Positions 41,047 to 50,342 of a stretch of 64,000 nt of DNA are shown piece by piece. How positions within the stretch are numbered: position 1 is the first letter of the stretch; every line of letters begins with the position of its first letter. The position numbers and the translations under genes are program-made. The notes under the pieces are model-generated. The model saw only the letters and a program-made list of their open reading frames with translations, had not been told where the DNA came from and did not search any database. Source of the stretch: Obrimoposthia wandeli (Eukaryota); the NCBI GenBank assembly GCA_977020255.1, contig CDROCS010005135.1, positions 62,001 through 126,000 on the forward strand. Direction: 5' to 3'.

Positions 41047-42740
41047 TATTTATTCTTTGCCTCATGTTCAATAAAGCAATGGATGAAGTTATCGATACGA
41101 TCAATCCCCATGGCATGTGCTAATGAATACAGGCTGGTTACGGTTAGGTTGGCTTTTTCTAGCAGAGTAGGTTGGCTAAAAAGGGTGTTTACAGGTGCAT
41201 CGGCTAATAATTGGCTATCGGCAATGACAATGGCACGTTGGGTGTATTCAAGAACAAGGTGCATATCATGCGAGATGATAAGAATGGTAATGCCCAGTTT
41301 ACGGTTAAGCTCTCGTACAAACTCCATCATTAATGTGTAGTGATGGTAGTCTTGGCCTGCTGTCGGTTCATCCAGAATTAAGAGCTCAGGCTCGAGCACT
41401 AAGATTGTAGCAATCGTCACGCGCTTTTTTTGACCATAACTTAAAGCATCAATTGGCCAATGGCGGTATTTTTTTAAACCGCATAGCTCAAGAATATCGA
41501 AAACTTTGCGTTCTACTGTTGCTTCATCGATTCCTCGGTTGCGTAAACCTGATGCAATCTCATCAAAAATCATATGGTGCGAAATCATATGATTAGGGTT
41601 TTGTAACACAATACCGATTTTTTGACTGCGTTCAAAAATAGAGCTCTGTGCTAAATCTTGACCGTTCATGAAAATAGACCCAGTATCTGGTTCTAACACC
41701 CCCATAATTAAACGGGTGATCGTTGATTTTCCTGAACCATTCTTACCTAAAATGGAAACAAATTCCCCTTTATTGATATGAAAGCTCACATCATCAAGCG
41801 TATTTTTAATACCATCGTATGAGTACGAAAGGTTATTGACAGTAAGCAAGCGCTCACTGTTTTCTGGAGTACATGCAACGGATGATTGGTGATACCAGTT
41901 TTCGAGCTGAGGCTTAAATTTATCAAGCTTCAACGTTGAAAAATAAGCCGGTTTATCTTCTTCTGTTATGTGGCATCCTGCCGCTTTTAACGCCGAGATG
42001 TAGAGGGGCTCACGTATTCCATGCTGTTCTAATAGATCACTGGCAATGAGTTGGTCAGGCGTCATGTTGGCAACAATTTCCCCTTGTTCCATCATGATAA
42101 TGCGATCAACGGGACGGTGAAGAACGTCTTCAAGGCGATGCTCAATAATAATAACCGTTTTGCCTGTATCACGATGAAGGTGATCAATTATGTCGATGGC
42201 GGCTTTGCCTGTTTTGGGATCTAAGCTTGCCAGGGGCTCATCAAACAGCAAAATATCAACATCATCAACCATAACGCCCGCAAGTGACACGCGTTGTTTT
42301 TGACCGCCACTAAGGTCAAAAGGAGAGGCATCTAAAATATCATCGAGATCGACCATTTTGGCCGTTTTTTTGACGATGGCATGCATGTCTTCCTGAATAA
42401 CCATTTGGTTTTCAAGTGCGAAGGCAATATCTTCACCCACACTTAGACCGACAAATTGCCCATCAGTATCTTGCAGTACAGTGCCGACGATATTGGTGCA
42501 TTGGTGAAGATCTAATGATTTGGTGTCTTTGCCGTTAATTTTAAGGCTACCAGAACAATCACCTTTAACGGCAAAGGGAATTAAGCCATTCAAGCATTGG
42601 CCTAGTGTTGATTTGCCACTACCGCTTGGACCAACAATGACAACTTTTTCGCCTTTCCCAATGGTTAGGTTGATATTTTTTAGGGTTGGCTTTTCTAACG
42701 CCCAATACTTGAACGTGAAATTAGTGAATTCAATAGTCAT
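41046..42740 (-). CDS. ECF transporter duplicated ATPase
   Basis: Two ABC domains (GPSGSGKST / GKNGSGKST; LSGGQKQR / LSYGQKKR). Confidence 0.95.
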   Translation of the reverse strand: MTIEFTNFTFKYWALEKPTLKNINLTIGKGEKVVIVGPSGSGKSTLGQCLNGLIPFAVKGDCSGSLKINGKDTKSLDLHQCTNIVGTVLQDTDGQFVGLSVGEDIAFALENQMVIQEDMHAIVKKTAKMVDLDDILDASPFDLSGGQKQRVSLAGVMVDDVDILLFDEPLASLDPKTGKAAIDIIDHLHRDTGKTVIIIEHRLEDVLHRPVDRIIMMEQGEIVANMTPDQLIASDLLEQHGIREPLYISALKAAGCHITEEDKPAYFSTLKLDKFKPQLENWYHQSSVACTPENSERLLTVNNLSYSYDGIKNTLDDVSFHINKGEFVSILGKNGSGKSTITRLIMGVLEPDTGSIFMNGQDLAQSSIFERSQKIGIVLQNPNHMISHHMIFDEIASGLRNRGIDEATVERKVFDILELCGLKKYRHWPIDALSYGQKKRVTIATILVLEPELLILDEPTAGQDYHHYTLMMEFVRELNRKLGITILIISHDMHLVLEYTQRAIVIADSQLLADAPVNTLFSQPTLLEKANLTVTSLYSLAHAMGIDRIDNFIHCFIEHEAKNK

Positions 42741-42743
42741 CAG

Positions 42744-43295
42744 TTAATCAGCTTCTTTAAGGTTGTAGCTTTGTTGTTTTCTTTTTGCCACAGCAGTCAA
42801 AATGTAGTGACCAACAATCGCAATTAATAGGGTGTTACCTGTGGCAATAATGGTGAGCTGCGCCATCACTTTGGTAAAGGGTTCGGCATAAAGCACAGAA
42901 TCTAAATAGGCAGAACAACCATAGCCAATAACATTGCCAAGAAAAGCAAGGAAGACAAACAAGGAGAAATCAAATTTAGTGAATTTCCCCATCTCTAAAC
43001 GGCCTCGGGTAATTTTGGGGTAAAGACCAATGATCAGTCCGACTAACCCCGAGCCAAGTACCCACGTTAGCCATACACCCCAGCCCGCAAACATATCGGT
43101 AACCCAATGGCCAATAAAGCCAACCAGAAAACCAACAAGGGGCCCAAATAAAACAGAAAACAATGCCAATACCGCCATTGCAGGCTTAAGCGTTGTGTTA
43201 GCAAATACGGGGATACCAAACATAGGTAAACCGCCAATGCCGTAAAGTGCAGCACCAATGGCGATTAAAACCACCGTTTTAGCAGAAAGATTCAT
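42744..43295 (-). CDS. ECF transporter S component (UPF0397/MtsT-like)
   Basis: [34 protein letters not shown]; start ATG 43295. Confidence 0.85.
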   Translation of the reverse strand: MNLSAKTVVLIAIGAALYGIGGLPMFGIPVFANTTLKPAMAVLALFSVLFGPLVGFLVGFIGHWVTDMFAGWGVWLTWVLGSGLVGLIIGLYPKITRGRLEMGKFTKFDFSLFVFLAFLGNVIGYGCSAYLDSVLYAEPFTKVMAQLTIIATGNTLLIAIVGHYILTAVAKRKQQSYNLKEAD

Positions 43296-43621
43296 GATAT
43301 AACCTTCAGTCAACTCTTGGTGATTGTTCATATAGAGACATGCTTTGGATAGCCTCTTTGAATGGAACAATCTTCGTTATAATGGATGTCGCAAATACTG
43401 CTTTAATCTTACGGTTACTAACCACCGGTAAAGACATAAATCGTCAAAACTCTAATTTTGAATGCGAATAATCCATTATTGTGCAAGAGCGATGATGGTG
43501 TAGATGTAGCGTTGTAACCTTTTATACCTTTATAAAACTCGATGAGGACACTCTGAATCCTGAGGTTGCTAGGGTATAATGGGCGGCAATACTACATGAA
43601 GCAGTAGTAGAAATAAAAGCT

Positions 43622-43637
43622 TTCCATCTAGACGTCT
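43622..43637. promoter_or_regulatory. MetJ box (tandem)
   Basis: Perfect AGACGTCT at 43630-43637 next to a degenerate 8-mer (minus strand AGACGTCT-AGATGGAA). Confidence 0.65.
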
Positions 43638-44293
43638 AAGTATTGAGCAAAATACATAAACTCTACGTTTTTTGATCATAAATAGCACTTAACTACGATA
43701 TATAAACGTGAGATATGATTTCTAAAGAGCAGTGGTGAATATTTTACAGAATGTAATGATTTTTCTTGTCTAGATTCAGTGAAAATTAGGCAGGGTAAAC
43801 TAATCTTGTAGTAAGAGTTGGTCATACTTTAGCTGTCGTGCAGGAGTGCTCTATTTGTTGTTGTTTCGGTGTAACTTACTGTTTAGTTAATAGTTACTGG
43901 CAAAACTGTCATGAAGTATGGTGAGTAAGTATTCTTCAGGTGAATATTGTAATAATAACGTTGAAAATAGTGTTGATGTATTTCTAAACGTTACCTTGCT
44001 TGTTAGATAACTCACCTGTATGTAACGTAAACAATTGGATGTATTGAATTTTTTACTTTATTTTTTCTGATATATGGTAAATACTGCTGGTTGCCTTGTT
44101 TTATTTTGAAGCATGCATTAAAAACATTTTCGTTATATAGTGTGTTTGTTTGTATTTATTCGAAATTTAGCGCTATCACACAAAATCAGTATGTGTACTG
44201 ATTTTAAGTTAGAGTAGAATTAGGGTAAAATTAGTAATTGCAATCCCGCCAATTCCGGCAGGGTGCAGAGCCAAATCATATTGGAGATACAGC

Positions 44294-44938
44294 TTGATTA
44301 ATGTATTCCTTGTAGATGATCACGAACTGGTTCGCACAGGGATCCGACGTCTTCTTGAAGATGTCCGTGGAATAAAAGTGCTAGGAGAAGCCGACAGTGG
44401 TGAGGAAGCCGTAAAGTGGTGTCGTGGTCAACACGCCGATATCGTTCTTATGGATATGAATATGCCAGGTATCGGTGGTCTAGAAGCTACACGGAAGATT
44501 CTTCGTTTCAATCCCGACATCAAAATTATTGTATTAACGATTCATACAGAAAATCCTTTCCCAACGAAAGTGATGCAAGCAGGCGCGGCTGGATACCTTA
44601 CCAAAGGTGCTGGTCCTGATGAAATGGTTAATGCTATTCGTATGGTTAATAGTGGGCAACGTTATATTTCGCCTGAAATTGCGCAGCAGATGGCGTTAAG
44701 CCAATTTGCACCTGATTCTGAAAATCCGTTTAAAGACCTTTCAGAACGTGAACTTCAAATTATGATGATGATCACGAAGGGGCAAAAAGTCACTGACATT
44801 TCAGAGCAACTCAGTTTAAGCCCTAAAACAGTGAATAGTTACCGTTACCGTTTATTCAATAAATTGGATATAGGCGGTGATGTTGAGCTTACCCATCTAG
44901 CAATTCGTCACGGAATGTTGGACACAGAGACGTTGTAG
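44294..44938 (+). CDS. uvrY: UvrY/GacA/VarA response regulator
   Basis: [36 protein letters not shown]...[11 protein letters not shown]; TTG start. Confidence 0.96.
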   Translation: MINVFLVDDHELVRTGIRRLLEDVRGIKVLGEADSGEEAVKWCRGQHADIVLMDMNMPGIGGLEATRKILRFNPDIKIIVLTIHTENPFPTKVMQAGAAGYLTKGAGPDEMVNAIRMVNSGQRYISPEIAQQMALSQFAPDSENPFKDLSERELQIMMMITKGQKVTDISEQLSLSPKTVNSYRYRLFNKLDIGGDVELTHLAIRHGMLDTETL

Positions 44939-46788
44939 TGTCAGAAGCATTAGATGAAATGAGCTTTGATGCAAAAAGCTTTCTAAAAACAGTTACTCAC
45001 CAACCAGGCGTCTACCGTATGTATGATGCCGTTGGTGAAGTAATTTATGTTGGAAAAGCGAAAGATCTTAAAAAGCGCCTATCGAGTTATTTTCGTACTA
45101 ATGTGGCTGGAGAGAAAACCAGAGCATTAGTGAAGAATATCTGCAAAGTGGATGTCACGGTAACCCATACCGAGACTGAGGCGCTGATCCTCGAGCACAA
45201 TTACATTAAATTGTACTTGCCTAAGTACAATGTATTACTGCGTGATGACAAATCTTATCCGTATATCTTTTTAAGTAACCATCATCACCCTCGTCTTTCG
45301 ATTCACCGAGGCACTAAAAAGCGCAAAGGTGAATACTTTGGTCCATACCCCGATGCGGGGGCGGTACGCGAAAGTTTGCATTTAATGCAAAAATTATTTC
45401 CTATTCGTCAATGCGAAGATTCTGTTTACGCTAATCGCAGCCGCCCGTGTTTGATGTATCAAATTGGTCGTTGTTTAGGTCCGTGTGTTAAAGGATTGAG
45501 TCCCGAGAAAGATTACGAAGACCAAGTTGGTTTTGCGCGCTTATTTTTACAAGGTAAAGATCGTCAAGTGATCACTTCTCTTGTGGAAAAAATGGAGCAA
45601 GCCAGCCAAAGTTTGAATTTTGAACAAGCCGCTACTTTCCGCGATCAAATTCAGGCTTTACGCCGCATTCAAGAACAACAATTTGTGAGTCACGACAGTG
45701 AAGATGATCTTGATGTTATTGGAATCGCACATCAAAACGGCATGGCATGTATTCATGCGCTTTATATTCGCCAAGGTAAAATTTTAGGCAGTCGTAGTTA
45801 CTTTCCCAAAATGCCAAGCGATGCTGAATTAACGGAAGTGCTATCGAGCTTTATTACTCAGTTTTATCTGAATCAAGCTGAGGGTCGGGTTATCCCGTCG
45901 GTTATTATCTTAGGTGAAAGTTTAGGTGATGATGTAACGGTTATTACCGAAACATTGTCTGACATTGCTGGTCGTAAAATTGAACTAAAGGTTAACCCTC
46001 GTGGTAATCGTGCGCGTTATTTAAAACTGGCACAAACCAATGCAATGACGGCCCTCACTAGCAAGCTTAGTCATAAGTTGACCATTCACGAGCGATTCTC
46101 TGAGCTGCGAAAGGCACTGAAGCTTGATACGATTACGCGTATGGAATGTTTTGATATTAGCCATACGATGGGTGAAAAAACGGTGGCTTCTTGCGTGGTG
46201 TTTAATCAAGAAGGTCCGTTTAAGCAAGATTATCGACGCTATAATATTACGGGTATCACGGGAGGTGATGATTATGCTGCTATGGGGCAAGTATTAGGCC
46301 GTCGTTATGGTAAGCAAATGGAACCCGAAAAAATTCCTGATATTATTTTCATTGATGGTGGACGTGGTCAGCTATCAAGAGCGTATAATGTCGTAAAACC
46401 ATTTATGGATGAATGGCCTAAGCAACCACTACTCATTGGTATTGCGAAAGGGGTAACACGTAAAGCGGGGCTTGAAACATTGATTTTTATCACGGGTGAA
46501 GAATTTTCTCTGCCGAGTGATTCTCCCGCATTGCATTTGATTCAGCATATACGTGATGAAAGTCATAATCATGCTATTAGTGGCCACCGTGCACAACGTG
46601 CCAAAGTGAGAAAACGAAGTGCGTTAGAAGATGTGGAAGGTATTGGCCCTAAACGCCGTCAAGCGTTGCTTAAATTTATGGGTGGTTTACACGAATTAAA
46701 ACGAGCAAGTAGAGAAGAGATCGCTAAAGTGCCCGGAATCAGTAAAGCTTTAGCAGAAAAGATATATGACGCATTGCAACACGGCTAG
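44938..46788 (+). CDS. uvrC: Excinuclease ABC subunit C
   Basis: GIY-YIG ([14 protein letters not shown]), ECFDISH, IDGG, HhH. Confidence 0.97.
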   Translation: MSEALDEMSFDAKSFLKTVTHQPGVYRMYDAVGEVIYVGKAKDLKKRLSSYFRTNVAGEKTRALVKNICKVDVTVTHTETEALILEHNYIKLYLPKYNVLLRDDKSYPYIFLSNHHHPRLSIHRGTKKRKGEYFGPYPDAGAVRESLHLMQKLFPIRQCEDSVYANRSRPCLMYQIGRCLGPCVKGLSPEKDYEDQVGFARLFLQGKDRQVITSLVEKMEQASQSLNFEQAATFRDQIQALRRIQEQQFVSHDSEDDLDVIGIAHQNGMACIHALYIRQGKILGSRSYFPKMPSDAELTEVLSSFITQFYLNQAEGRVIPSVIILGESLGDDVTVITETLSDIAGRKIELKVNPRGNRARYLKLAQTNAMTALTSKLSHKLTIHERFSELRKALKLDTITRMECFDISHTMGEKTVASCVVFNQEGPFKQDYRRYNITGITGGDDYAAMGQVLGRRYGKQMEPEKIPDIIFIDGGRGQLSRAYNVVKPFMDEWPKQPLLIGIAKGVTRKAGLETLIFITGEEFSLPSDSPALHLIQHIRDESHNHAISGHRAQRAKVRKRSALEDVEGIGPKRRQALLKFMGGLHELKRASREEIAKVPGISKALAEKIYDALQHG

Positions 46789-46846
46789 CTTTGCGGCACT
46801 CTTGTATCTGTAGTGATACTGTCGTTAATTATAAGAATTAAGAATT

Positions 46847-47404
46847 ATGCGTTTATCAATTCCGAACATATTAAGCTTCATTAGACTAATACTCATCCCT
46901 TTCTTTGTTATCACTTTTTACTTGCCTTATGAGTGGTCGGCGTTTGCAACTGCGTTAATATTTTTTATTGCAGGTGCTACTGATTGGTTTGATGGCTACC
47001 TTGCCCGTAAGCTGAATCAAACGACTCGTTTTGGCGCATTTATTGATCCCGTTGCTGATAAGCTAATGGTCATTACAGCGATGGTGTTGGTTGTTGAGGA
47101 TTACCATACTATTTGGGTAACCATTCCTGCTGTTACCATGATAGGTCGCGAAATCATTATTTCTGCATTACGTGAGTGGATGGCCGAACTCGGTAAGCGT
47201 GCAAGTGTTGCCGTTTCTTGGGTGGGTAAAGTGAAGACTGCATCTCAGATGTTTGCATTATTATTATTACTTTGGCACCCACACGAATGGGTAACATGGT
47301 TAGGTTATGCATCACTTTACGTGGCAATGGTATTGACCTACTGGTCTATGTACCAATACCTTAAAGCCGCAAAAGGTGACTTACTGAATGCTGAGCATCA
47401 TTAA
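46847..47404 (+). CDS. pgsA: CDP-diacylglycerol--glycerol-3-phosphate 3-phosphatidyltransferase
   Basis: [22 protein letters not shown]. Confidence 0.96.
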   Translation: MRLSIPNILSFIRLILIPFFVITFYLPYEWSAFATALIFFIAGATDWFDGYLARKLNQTTRFGAFIDPVADKLMVITAMVLVVEDYHTIWVTIPAVTMIGREIIISALREWMAELGKRASVAVSWVGKVKTASQMFALLLLLWHPHEWVTWLGYASLYVAMVLTYWSMYQYLKAAKGDLLNAEHH

Positions 47405-47441
47405 GTCGCAAGGTATTACCTTGTTCTAAAATAGATTTTGG

Positions 47442-47465
47442 AAGCGGCTAATTAGCCGCTTTTTT
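47442..47465 (+). terminator. Rho-independent terminator after pgsA
   Basis: AAGCGGCTA-AT-TAGCCGCTT plus T-run. Confidence 0.75.
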
Positions 47466-47580
47466 ATTACCTGATGAAAAGGTGAATTTTATTTCTTTGT
47501 CGATTAATTCATCTCTTTGATGCCGTTATAGTGTCTTTGGCTAAAAGGTAAGCGAACAAACGCTTTTGTTGCATTTTTTC

Positions 47581-47608
47581 GTGACAGCATCATTTGAATC
47601 TGTAAAAT
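47581..47608 (+). promoter_or_regulatory. Stable-RNA-type sigma70 promoter of tRNA locus 1
   Basis: GTGACA-16 nt-TAAAAT. Confidence 0.55.
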
Positions 47609-47688
47609 GACCGACATACCGCAGCAGGGCAACCTGCTACGGTTTGTATATCGAGTTAACCTCGAATGCATTATCTTTAAATAGATAT

Positions 47689-47762
47689 GGCGCGTTGGCA
47701 GAGTGGCTATGCATCGGATTGCAAATCCGCGTACCTCGGTTCGACTCCGGGACGCGCCTCCA
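47689..47762 (+). tRNA. tRNA-Cys(GCA), variant with a 27:43 mismatch
   Basis: 74-nt cloverleaf ending in CCA; 2 substitutions relative to the other Cys copies. Confidence 0.9.
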
Positions 47763-47870
47763 AATTTTGTACTAACGGTCATGTTACATTGGCAGACCGT
47801 TATTTAAGATGGTGTCTAACCGCTCTTTATAGAGCACATTGGTTAGGAGCATCGCAATCAAGAATTGCGT

Positions 47871-47957
47871 GCCCTGGTGGTGGAATTGGTAGACACAAGG
47901 GATTTAAAATCCCTCGGCGTTCGCGCTGTGCCGGTTCAAGTCCGGCCCGGGGCACCA
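47871..47957 (+). tRNA. tRNA-Leu(TAA)
   Basis: 87 nt, long variable arm, CCA end. Confidence 0.95.
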
Positions 47958-47999
47958 TCTATTAAAGCCTGAGATTCTCTGAAAAGGGGGTTTCAGCAT

Positions 48000-48053
48000 G
48001 CGGTCCTCGCTCTGCTGGTAGAGCGCAACCTTGCCAAGGTTGAGGTCGCTCCA
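48000..48053 (+). pseudogene. tRNA-Gly(GCC) relic lacking the T-arm
   Basis: GGTAGAGCGCAACCTTGCCAAGGTTGAGGTC joined directly to GCTCCA. Confidence 0.8.
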
Positions 48054-48059
48054 AATACG

Positions 48060-48089
48060 AAGCCCTGACAGAAATGTCAGGGCTTTTTA
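48060..48089 (+). terminator. Terminator of tRNA locus 1
   Basis: AGCCCTGACA-GAAA-TGTCAGGGCT plus T-run. Confidence 0.9.
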
Positions 48090-48113
48090 TTTATCTATAC
48101 TTTTTTACAGCAT

Positions 48114-48166
48114 ACGACAATGGTTCAGTGGGTAGAGCGCAATCTTACTGACGTTGAGGTGCCCCA
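48114..48166 (+). pseudogene. Second, more decayed tRNA-Gly relic
   Basis: ACGACAATGGTTCAGTGGGTAGAGCGCAATCTTACTGACGTTGAGGTGCCCCA, preceded by the same CAGCAT leader. Confidence 0.6.
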
Positions 48167-48169
48167 AAA

Positions 48170-49192
48170 TCATCCATTAGCAAACTGCTGTAAAGGTACA
48201 CGTTCTTGTAAAAACGTACGGTAAATCCTCACGCCAATTATACCACCCAATAAACCAGCAACAGCAGCAGCAGATGCAGCCATGAATAAGGTTGATGGTG
48301 GGTTGAAAGCAATTGAGGCTAATAAACCGGGAATAGGGGCAGCACTGCCTGGTGCATCATTGACGATACCGAAATACGCGGCGATTGTGCCAGCGAAGGC
48401 ACCACCAATGAAATTCGACATGAAAATCGGCACAGGATTACGGGTAACGATATGTGCCTGAGTTAAAGGCTCTAACATTACGCTCACTGTATTGCATGAT
48501 TTACCCAATTTCAGAGTATGGAAAACATAACCGTTAGTAAACGAACCACCGACACAGGCCATTGCTGCAATCCCCATCGGTAGCCCTGTTAACCCAAGCA
48601 TAGCGGTTAATGCCATTGAACTGAGTGGGGAAGTACATACCATTTTGATGAGCCCGCCCAATAAGAAGCCCATAATCAGCGGTGATAATGACGTTGCTTC
48701 AGTGATCATGTTAGCCAGCGTTCCCATCAGTAAATCAAGGGCAGGACTAATAAAAAAACCGACTAATCGTGCTAGTGGGGCAAGAATTAACACGCCTAAA
48801 ATAACGTCGATGCCTTCTGCTAAATATTTTTTAAATAAAGGGGCAATGAACGAGAAGAGATAGCCCACAATGAAGCCTTCTAGAATACCTAAATGTATCA
48901 TTGCCAAACCTGTAACCATCGCAAATACAGGTTGTACACCCACGCGTAGCATGACTAGTGTGGCGGCAGCCACACCACCCATCCCCCCTACAAGGTTACC
49001 AAATTCGGCTAAGTAACCAATCCCTAGTAAGTTACCCATTACGTATTTGTGAATAGCTTCGACAAGAAATGTCGCGATAGCGGCATCGGCTAATCCGCTC
49101 ATCGCTGCACTCCCGTGAGGGGCTTTAAAGCTAAAAAGTGAAAATAATGACAAAGCCATTAACAGCGCCGTAATTCCTAATAAAATTTCCAT
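48170..49192 (-). CDS. PfoR-like membrane protein (PTS EIIC_2 family)
   Basis: FKAPHGSAAMSGLADAAIATFLVEA, TSPLSSMALTAMLGLTG, EPLTQA; resembles Firmicute PfoR. Confidence 0.75.
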   Translation of the reverse strand: MEILLGITALLMALSLFSLFSFKAPHGSAAMSGLADAAIATFLVEAIHKYVMGNLLGIGYLAEFGNLVGGMGGVAAATLVMLRVGVQPVFAMVTGLAMIHLGILEGFIVGYLFSFIAPLFKKYLAEGIDVILGVLILAPLARLVGFFISPALDLLMGTLANMITEATSLSPLIMGFLLGGLIKMVCTSPLSSMALTAMLGLTGLPMGIAAMACVGGSFTNGYVFHTLKLGKSCNTVSVMLEPLTQAHIVTRNPVPIFMSNFIGGAFAGTIAAYFGIVNDAPGSAAPIPGLLASIAFNPPSTLFMAASAAAVAGLLGGIIGVRIYRTFLQERVPLQQFANG

Positions 49193-50342
49193 GGTCTTTC
49201 CTTACCATACAAGCGACTTCTGACATGAATAACACCATCTATAGGTGATATTCACCGAGCAACCTCGCTAAAAACAGCGCGTTGCTATATTGATATAGAT
49301 TCAGTAGAGAAGCTGAAAACGAGAAAGACGACCAGGGTCAGGACCCGACGGAATAAAACGAATAGGGTAGTGCAGAGGTGAAATAAAAAAGAGATAGCTG
49401 CGCAAACTGCTAGCATCAATATTGACTCAATATATGTTCATATGCGTCACCATGTTTGAATACATTACGTGAAGAACAAAAAGGTATTGTGTAATAGAGC
49501 TACCGTAGCACAAGCAAGATGGTTGATTTTTGAACTGGTTCATATTCCGTAAAAATCACAACTATAAGTGTTGTTTCATATGGTTAATTAAGCTGAGTCT
49601 CTTTAACTTGTTGGACAGTAATACTGAATTTTATGGGTAAATGCTGCTGAACTAGTCATCAGTGTACTATTTAGTAGTGTTTTGTATTAATGCGATTGAA
49701 ATATTGAGTTCTTATCTAAATAGCACTTGTTTTTTAAATCGAGATTGTGTTACTTTTTGCCCAATCTCGGGTGAATTGTACTGAGACACATGCGTTATGA
49801 CGATATCAAATAAGTTGTGTCGTAACGTGCCGTAGGTACTAACGAGCCAATCGTTAGTAGAAGGGCATTAATAGAGCAAACCTGCACACAATAAAGCAGG
49901 TGCATATTGAAGGAACCCAACAGTGAATATACTATTATTAACTATGCAACTTACATTCGTCTTGCCTAACTGCAGTATTATTACTGAGCCTTGATCTGTC
50001 CTTAAAAAACACGAGTAACTTACTCTTTTTGTTAATTCGCATATTGGCACAATTGAATATTGTCTTTTAAAAAGGCTGTTTCAATATTCCAATGATGAAT
50101 GCGGGTTAAGTGCATCAATAAATCAATACCTTATGAATTATTGATTGCTGTAGAAGAACTTTTCATCAGCTTTTTCTGGTGAAATTTATACGCATAAGTT
50201 CATTCGACCCTCTAGGAATACCTCTTTCGTTATGCCTGAACGTTCAGCATATCTATCGATTGTCTGTATCTCTATTTGTTATCGATAAGAACTCGAATAC
50301 ATATAAATATATGTTTCATTTTGTGCGTAACGTGATGATTTT

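Noticed and set aside
43296-43620. SAM or other riboswitch in the ECF leader
   Set aside because: No recognisable SAM-I/II/V or FMN consensus by eye; an Rfam scan is needed to exclude one
43371-44293. CsrB-like sRNA near uvrY
   Set aside because: No cluster of GGA-loop hairpins seen
47504-47965. ORFs over tRNA genes (also 56206-56394, 56772-57139, 58879-59082, 59156-59413)
   Set aside because: They are explained by tRNA sequence; their recurring peptides mirror tRNA duplications
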